A DNA stretch of 64,000 bases from Verrucomicrobiaceae bacterium (GTDB lineage Bacteria; Verrucomicrobiota; Verrucomicrobiia; Verrucomicrobiales; Akkermansiaceae), in contig JBPOGH010000006.1 in assembly GCA_051252135.1 (NCBI GenBank), positions 96,001 to 160,000 on the forward strand. Direction: 5' to 3'. A program made the position numbers and the translations under genes. Shown piece by piece: positions 59,107 through 64,000 of the stretch. The stretch's first letter is position 1. The number at the start of each line of letters is the position of its first letter. The notes under the pieces were generated by a model, which worked only from the letters and a program-made list of their open reading frames with translations, searched no databases and was not told the DNA's origin.

Positions 59107-59328
59107 ATGATTTCCGAGACAGCCATTACCGCCTGTGCCACCTGTGCAAATGCCTTCAAGCATAGTGAAGGCAATGCCGCCGGGTGGGCGATTCTTGTGA
59201 TGTTGATTATGATTGTCCCGCTGGCTCTTGGATCGCTCTTTTTTATTGTTCGGATGGCCCGCCGTGAGAAGGCCGGTCTCGATGCCCGCTACATGGACGA
59301 TTACGTTCCACCTGTTCAAAACTCCTAA
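59107..59328 (+). CDS. Small CxxC plus TM protein in the oxidase operon
   Basis: ACATC followed by one TM helix; directly upstream of subunit II. Confidence 0.65.
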   Translation: MISETAITACATCANAFKHSEGNAAGWAILVMLIMIVPLALGSLFFIVRMARREKAGLDARYMDDYVPPVQNS

Positions 59329-59340
59329 TTTTCTAAACCC

Positions 59341-60147
59341 ATGTTCATTCCTCTTAACTGGCCCAAATGGCTCGGAATTCCCGAGAACTTCTCGGAGCAC
59401 GGTGGTAATGTCGACCACCTCATTGATATCGTTCACTGGTTCATGGCCATCCTGTTTGTTGGTTGGACGCTTTTCTTTTTTGTCGCTTGCTGGAAGTTCC
59501 GCGCCTCGAAGAATCCCAAGGCGAGCTATCACGGTGTGACCAACCATGTTTCCTCCCACCTGGAGATCGGGGTGGTGATTATCGAAGCGGTGCTTCTTTT
59601 GGGATTTGCGTTTCCCCTGTGGTGGGAGCGGACCGACCAGTTCGATGAGGTGCAAAAGACCGACCCGGTGCGGGTTCGGGTGATTGGCTACCAGTTCGGA
59701 TTCCAGTATCACTATCCCGGTGAGGACGGAATTTTCGGTCGGATTGACCGTCATTTGGTGAGTGGAGTGGGTGACCCCTGCATTGATCCTGATGATCCCA
59801 ACGGGTGGGACGACTTTGTAGCACCTGTGCTCAAGCTGCCGGTTGATCGTAATGCCATTCTTCAGATCACTTCGACCGACGTGATTCACAACTATTCGAT
59901 CATTCCCATGCGCATCCAGCAGGATGCGATTCCCGGAACGGACATTCCGATGTGGTTCAAGCCCATCAAGAAGCTGGAGACGTACGTGGTGTGCGGGCAG
60001 CTATGCGGAGAGGGGCATGCCAATATGCGTGGGTTGATGGAAGTGGTGAGTCAGAAGGCATTTTCGTCCTGGGCCAAGGAGCAAAGTGGCTCAGCTCTTG
60101 AGAAGAGCAATTCCGAGCGACAGGAAGCCACGGTAGCCCAGCGCTAG
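59341..60147 (+). CDS. ctaC: Cytochrome c oxidase subunit II (CuA, no fused cytochrome c)
   Basis: SEHG..VD, two TM segments, DVIHNY, DAIPG, CGQLCGEGHANM. Confidence 0.93.
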   Translation: MFIPLNWPKWLGIPENFSEHGGNVDHLIDIVHWFMAILFVGWTLFFFVACWKFRASKNPKASYHGVTNHVSSHLEIGVVIIEAVLLLGFAFPLWWERTDQFDEVQKTDPVRVRVIGYQFGFQYHYPGEDGIFGRIDRHLVSGVGDPCIDPDDPNGWDDFVAPVLKLPVDRNAILQITSTDVIHNYSIIPMRIQQDAIPGTDIPMWFKPIKKLETYVVCGQLCGEGHANMRGLMEVVSQKAFSSWAKEQSGSALEKSNSERQEATVAQR

Positions 60148-60170
60148 ATTCAGTTTTTTTCATTGGTTCG

Positions 60171-60209
60171 AAAAGGCGGGTTGGAAGTGATTCCGACCTG
60201 CTTTTTTTT
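60171..60209 (+). terminator. Intrinsic terminator closing the respiratory operon
   Basis: GGCGGGTTGGAA-GTGA-TTCCGACCTGCT followed by a T run. Confidence 0.85.
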
Positions 60210-60264
60210 GGTCCCTTGCTCGACTCAGGGAAAGTAGGTTCTACACTGCTGCCAACTTCCGCTT

Positions 60265-61434
60265 GTGACTCCGCTTTTTCGAAAAATTCTCGGCATGAAC
60301 TGGGTGCTCGTCTTTACGATGTATGGGCTCCTGATTTTTGGGATATTTGCCATTGAGAGTGCGGCCCGGCATCTTCCCGGAACGGAAACAATGACGGGCG
60401 GGGAGCTCTATGCCTCCCGGCACAAGATGTGGATCATGATTGGGACGGTGGTCTATTTTGGGACTGCGTTGGTTGACTACCGTTGGGTTCGTTGGCTTGG
60501 GGTGCCCATGTATGTGGTGGGTCTGGTGTTGATGGCGATGGCGATGCAGGTGGACGATGAGGTCCATCGTCTGACGTTTGGGCCGATTAGTTTTCAGCCT
60601 GCGCAGGTGGCCATTGCGGCGGGGATTATCACGATTGCCACACTCTCACAGGACTTGCCGAAGATTCATAAATTGCTGGGATCTCCGATGGTGCGGGTGG
60701 GCTTGGTGGCGGTGTTAACGGGCATTCCATTTCTGATGGTGGTGAAGCTGGGTGATATGGGATCGGCATTGGTCTGGGTACCGGTAGCGGTGGTGGCCCT
60801 TCTTGTCGGGGGGATTCCCTGGCGATATTTGATTTTTCTTACTGCGTTGGTTGTAGGAATCATGCCGATTACTTATTTTGTGTTATTGCCCAGTCTTTCG
60901 GAACGGGGGACCCAGCGGATCGAGATATATTTGGAGACTCTGGAGGAGGGAACGGTGAAGAAAACGGATGAGACATGGGCTCCGTTTTGGGTCTCAACTG
61001 CGGTGGGAAAGGCGGGCTGGAAGGGGTTGGGCTGGGGTGCTACCGAGGAGCGGGGTTCCCTTCACGACAAGCGCTACATTCCGTGGAAGACAGCTCACAA
61101 TGATTATATCTTTGCCGTCATTGCAGAGGAACAGGGTTTCCGTGGCGGCTTGTTGTTGATCACGGCCTTTGCGTTGCTCTTGATTCAGTGCCTTTTCATC
61201 GCGTTTTACAGTCGGGACTTGGCCGGGAGGATTATTGTGGGGGGAGTTGTCGGGCTCTTTTTTGCACACATGTTTGAGAACATCGGGATGTGTATTCTGC
61301 TGACTCCGATTACGGGGATTCCGCTGCCATTGGTGAGTTATTCGGGAACCTTCGTGGTGATCTGTATGTTTTTGCTGGGGTTGGTGCAGAGTGTCTGGGT
61401 GCACCGGAGCAAGTACATCGAGGTGCCCGAGTAG
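60265..61434 (+). CDS. SEDS-family peptidoglycan polymerase (RodA/FtsW)
   Basis: SFQPAQ, DMGSA, AHNDYIFAVIAEE.GF, ENIGM...PITGIPLPLVSYSG. Confidence 0.9.
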   Translation: MTPLFRKILGMNWVLVFTMYGLLIFGIFAIESAARHLPGTETMTGGELYASRHKMWIMIGTVVYFGTALVDYRWVRWLGVPMYVVGLVLMAMAMQVDDEVHRLTFGPISFQPAQVAIAAGIITIATLSQDLPKIHKLLGSPMVRVGLVAVLTGIPFLMVVKLGDMGSALVWVPVAVVALLVGGIPWRYLIFLTALVVGIMPITYFVLLPSLSERGTQRIEIYLETLEEGTVKKTDETWAPFWVSTAVGKAGWKGLGWGATEERGSLHDKRYIPWKTAHNDYIFAVIAEEQGFRGGLLLITAFALLLIQCLFIAFYSRDLAGRIIVGGVVGLFFAHMFENIGMCILLTPITGIPLPLVSYSGTFVVICMFLLGLVQSVWVHRSKYIEVPE

Positions 61435-61508
61435 GCGGGTAAATTTGACGGGTTGATCGCAGATAAGAGTTTGCTTAGCGGGCCAAGGAGAGTGATTCTG
61501 TTGCCATC

Positions 61509-62642
61509 GTGACCGCGAGGACGTCATCAACCCGGGAACTGCTGATTGCCATTTTGGTGGCGGTATGGGTGCATGTGGCTATTTTTTTCGTGTTCGTCGT
61601 TCTGTTGATTTTTCAGGTGATTTCGGGGAAAGAGGTGGATCCCCGCATTGAGGAAGAGGATGAATCGGGCGAGTTTACGGAGTTGACGATATTTTTTGAG
61701 GAGGATCCGGCAGCCCCGGTTGAGGCGGCGGTCGTGAAGGAGGAGAGTCCGGCACCCGAAGCTGAGACCGAGGATCCCGAGTTTGCGACGACCTCACCGG
61801 ATCAGGAGGAAGAAGCACCGGAGGATGCCGATTTCATCGGGGAGAGGGACACAATGGCAAGCAGTGATGCCGATGCAGTGGCGGGGGATGAGGATCAGGT
61901 GGCTCTTTCCGGTGATCGGGAAGTGAAAGGGGATATCAAGACGGCGACTACTGATTTTTCAGACGGGGATGAAGTGGGAAAGACGTTGGAGCAAGATGAT
62001 ATGGCAGCAGCAGGCCCCGGCAAGGAACGGGAGTCACAGGAGGAGATCAACGAGGAGGTTGCGGAGGCGGTCGAGGAGATGAAGGAAGAGGAGTATTTGT
62101 TCGATTCCTTTAGGGATACCGATGGAGTGGAGGAACGGATGGAGGATAAGCTCGTGGAACGTCCTGAAAAAACCCTCGAACCCAAAGAGTCGATTGAGGA
62201 AGCGCTGGAGAGGGAGATGAAGGAAGAATCGCAGCTTGCCAAGGAGCAGGGAGGGGCAAGCGGAGGGTTTGAGACCAAGCAAACGAAGACGCGGGTCCGG
62301 GGGACGTTGAATGCTTCAGGTCGTGGATCGCTCGACGTGAAGAACAGTCCTTTGGGTCGGTATGAGGCTCAAATATTTCGGGTGATTGAGCGTGAGTGGC
62401 AGGCCCGGAATTTTCAATTTCGCTCCCATCTGGCACCGGGCCACGTGACCATTCGTTTTGTGATCGACGAGAAGGGGAAGGTCTCCGGGCAGCGCAGGAT
62501 GGAGATGCTGGGAGCATCCGATATTCAGTGGGGCATCATTTTGAATTCGCTTTCTGCTGCCGATCTTCCTCCGATGCCCCAGGATGTCCGTAAGGAACTG
62601 GAGGGGGATACCCTTGAGCTCAACGTTACTTTCAACTACTAG
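61509..62642 (+). CDS. TonB/TolA-like energy transducer with an acidic linker
   Basis: N-terminal TM segment with a His (VWVH), long Glu/Asp-rich linker, C-terminal GHVTIRFVIDEKGKV...LPPMP; adjacent to exbB/exbD. Confidence 0.65.
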   Translation: MTARTSSTRELLIAILVAVWVHVAIFFVFVVLLIFQVISGKEVDPRIEEEDESGEFTELTIFFEEDPAAPVEAAVVKEESPAPEAETEDPEFATTSPDQEEEAPEDADFIGERDTMASSDADAVAGDEDQVALSGDREVKGDIKTATTDFSDGDEVGKTLEQDDMAAAGPGKERESQEEINEEVAEAVEEMKEEEYLFDSFRDTDGVEERMEDKLVERPEKTLEPKESIEEALEREMKEESQLAKEQGGASGGFETKQTKTRVRGTLNASGRGSLDVKNSPLGRYEAQIFRVIEREWQARNFQFRSHLAPGHVTIRFVIDEKGKVSGQRRMEMLGASDIQWGIILNSLSAADLPPMPQDVRKELEGDTLELNVTFNY

Positions 62643-62648
62643 AACCCC

Positions 62649-63290
62649 ATGAATTTTTCCGAAGCCTTTTCTTCCACATGGGAGTTTTTCAGCGGAGGCG
62701 GCTTTTTTATGCTGCTGCTGGGTCTGTGCTCAATTGCCGCGCTTACGGTTATTGTCCTCAAGGCGCTTACTTTGACCCGTCTCCGGATCCTTCCGGATCG
62801 TCTCGGGGTGGAGGTGGATCGTTTCGAAGAGCATCTTGAAGCGGGAACGTTGACCAATCTTCAGGAAGAGTTTGCGAGGGGGGAGAATTCGTTGGCGCGA
62901 CTTTGCGGAGTGGCCTTGCGCAATGCCGGAAGAACGCAGGGTGAGGTGCAGGAGGCGGTGCAGTCTTCGGCCCGGGAGGAGATTGTGAGGATGAATTCGG
63001 GAATGCCGGTCTTGGAGGTGATTATAACGATTGCACCTCTGCTTGGGTTGCTGGGGACGGCCAGTGGCCTGGTGACGGTATTTGCTGATCTCGATGATAA
63101 GGATAATATTGGACGGGGGATTGCGACTGCGCTGAGCACGACGATCGTGGGGATTGCGATAGCGGTGCCTTCTGTGATCGCCCAGAGCTACTTTTCCCGA
63201 AAGATCGAGACGCTTTCGGCCCGTTTGGAAGTGCTTCTGGGGACGGTGGTATCCGCCTGCCACCAACACGTCTTTTTTCGCGATAAATAA
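62649..63290 (+). CDS. MotA/TolQ/ExbB proton channel
   Basis: GGFFM, IAPLLGLLGT, GIATALSTT..GI.IAVP. Confidence 0.92.
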   Translation: MNFSEAFSSTWEFFSGGGFFMLLLGLCSIAALTVIVLKALTLTRLRILPDRLGVEVDRFEEHLEAGTLTNLQEEFARGENSLARLCGVALRNAGRTQGEVQEAVQSSAREEIVRMNSGMPVLEVIITIAPLLGLLGTASGLVTVFADLDDKDNIGRGIATALSTTIVGIAIAVPSVIAQSYFSRKIETLSARLEVLLGTVVSACHQHVFFRDK

Positions 63291-63302
63291 CCTGTTGCTG
63301 CT

Positions 63303-63755
63303 GTGGAATTCTATCGTCCGAAAAAAAAGCCCATTACGGTGCCGATCGTTTCACTGATCGACATTTTGGTGACCTTGCTCTTTTTCTTTATCGTGACGAT
63401 GAATGACCTGACCGAAAAGGTTCCCAGGTCGGAAATGAGGGTATCCCTGCCAACCGCCAATTCACTCAAGGTCAAAACGGTGATGGAAGCGCGAACAGTG
63501 CTCTCACTTAACAAGGCCGGAGAGGCGGAGATTGACGGGTTGATGGTGGTGGAGGGGTTTCTGAAGGAAACTCTCATTGCCAACCGGGAGCTTCGATCGG
63601 GGTTGAAGTTGGTTCTCAGGGCCGACGAAGGTTGTCCGTGGGGAAAAATTCTTGCAGCCCATAGCGCGGCATTGCAAGCAGGCTATGGCGACAACGAGAT
63701 CATTTATCGCGTTTTGAAACCGAACCCTGAAACCGAGAAAACTCCCCAGACATGA
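63303..63755 (+). CDS. ExbD/TolR protein
   Basis: PIVSLIDILVTLLFFFIV, VSLP.A, LRAD. Confidence 0.9.
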   Translation: MEFYRPKKKPITVPIVSLIDILVTLLFFFIVTMNDLTEKVPRSEMRVSLPTANSLKVKTVMEARTVLSLNKAGEAEIDGLMVVEGFLKETLIANRELRSGLKLVLRADEGCPWGKILAAHSAALQAGYGDNEIIYRVLKPNPETEKTPQT

Positions 63756-64000
63756 TTCTTCCCATTACCCAGTATGGCAATCCGGTGCTTCGCAAGAAGT
63801 GTTGTAAAGTGACCGAAGTTACCGAGGACCTTCGTGCTTTTGCCGATGACATGATTGAAACGATGAAAGATGCGGAGGGGGTGGGATTGGCGGCGCCGCA
63901 GGTGGACCGCGATATTCGGATGGCGGTGGTGGATGTTTCACATGATCCGGAGTGCATCAGTTATTTGCGGGTGAATGGGAAGGATACTGATCTGGGTGAG
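63752..64000 (+). CDS. def: Peptide deformylase (partial, runs off the window)
   Basis: MILPITQYGNPVLRKK...DMIETM...GVGLAAPQV; ATG overlaps the exbD stop. Not in the ORF track. Confidence 0.92.
   Translation, partial: MILPITQYGNPVLRKKCCKVTEVTEDLRAFADDMIETMKDAEGVGLAAPQVDRDIRMAVVDVSHDPECISYLRVNGKDTDLGE

Noticed and set aside
59992..60027. CuA motif with Gln (CGQLC) as a defect
   Set aside because: That residue binds CuA through its backbone carbonyl, and Gln occurs in working oxidases such as Thermus ba3.

Overview
Chromosomal window from a GC-rich bacterium, most likely a free-living Verrucomicrobiota/PVC member. This assignment is inferred from several sulfatases, a PVC-type CxxCH glycoside-oxidoreductase-like protein and proteins with a ...FYRL-type C-terminal domain. 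0-18 kb: secreted proteins (metallophosphoesterase-lamin-tail, three Cys-type sulfatases, FG-GAP/heme-c protein, DUF3472-like protein, RCC1-vWA surface protein) and a DUF3179 gene that reads through an in-frame UGA (UxxC plus a SECIS-like hairpin). 18-20.7 kb: accessory patch with a nucleotidyltransferase and small partner, a REP-associated tyrosine transposase flanked by two REP doublets, and an orphan with tandem repeats. 20.7-26.7 kb: NAD-linked selenocysteine formate dehydrogenase locus (fdhD, fused NuoE-NuoF-like subunit, fdhA with UGA and an fdhF-type SECIS). 27-43 kb: housekeeping genes (ppdK, kptA, thiHS, bactofilin, monomeric icd, NRAMP-like transporter, mrp/apbC, rpoN with its own sigma54-type site, eukaryote-type UGPase, HAD phosphatase). 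43-60 kb: a 16-gene respiratory operon behind two tandem TGTGA-N6-TCACA operators. It contains alternative complex III (actA-F), a CcoN homologue that has lost five of its six metal-ligating histidines, a CcoO-like and a further cytochrome c, and an A1-type heme-copper oxidase that lacks the K-channel lysine and has a ~365-aa insertion in subunit III. This operon is the best candidate for an undescribed system: an ACIII/pseudo-cbb3/aa3 supercomplex. The window ends with rodA/ftsW, tonB-like-exbB-exbD and a partial def. No rRNA, tRNA or CRISPR array was seen. All assignments come from motif recognition by eye; no searches were run.
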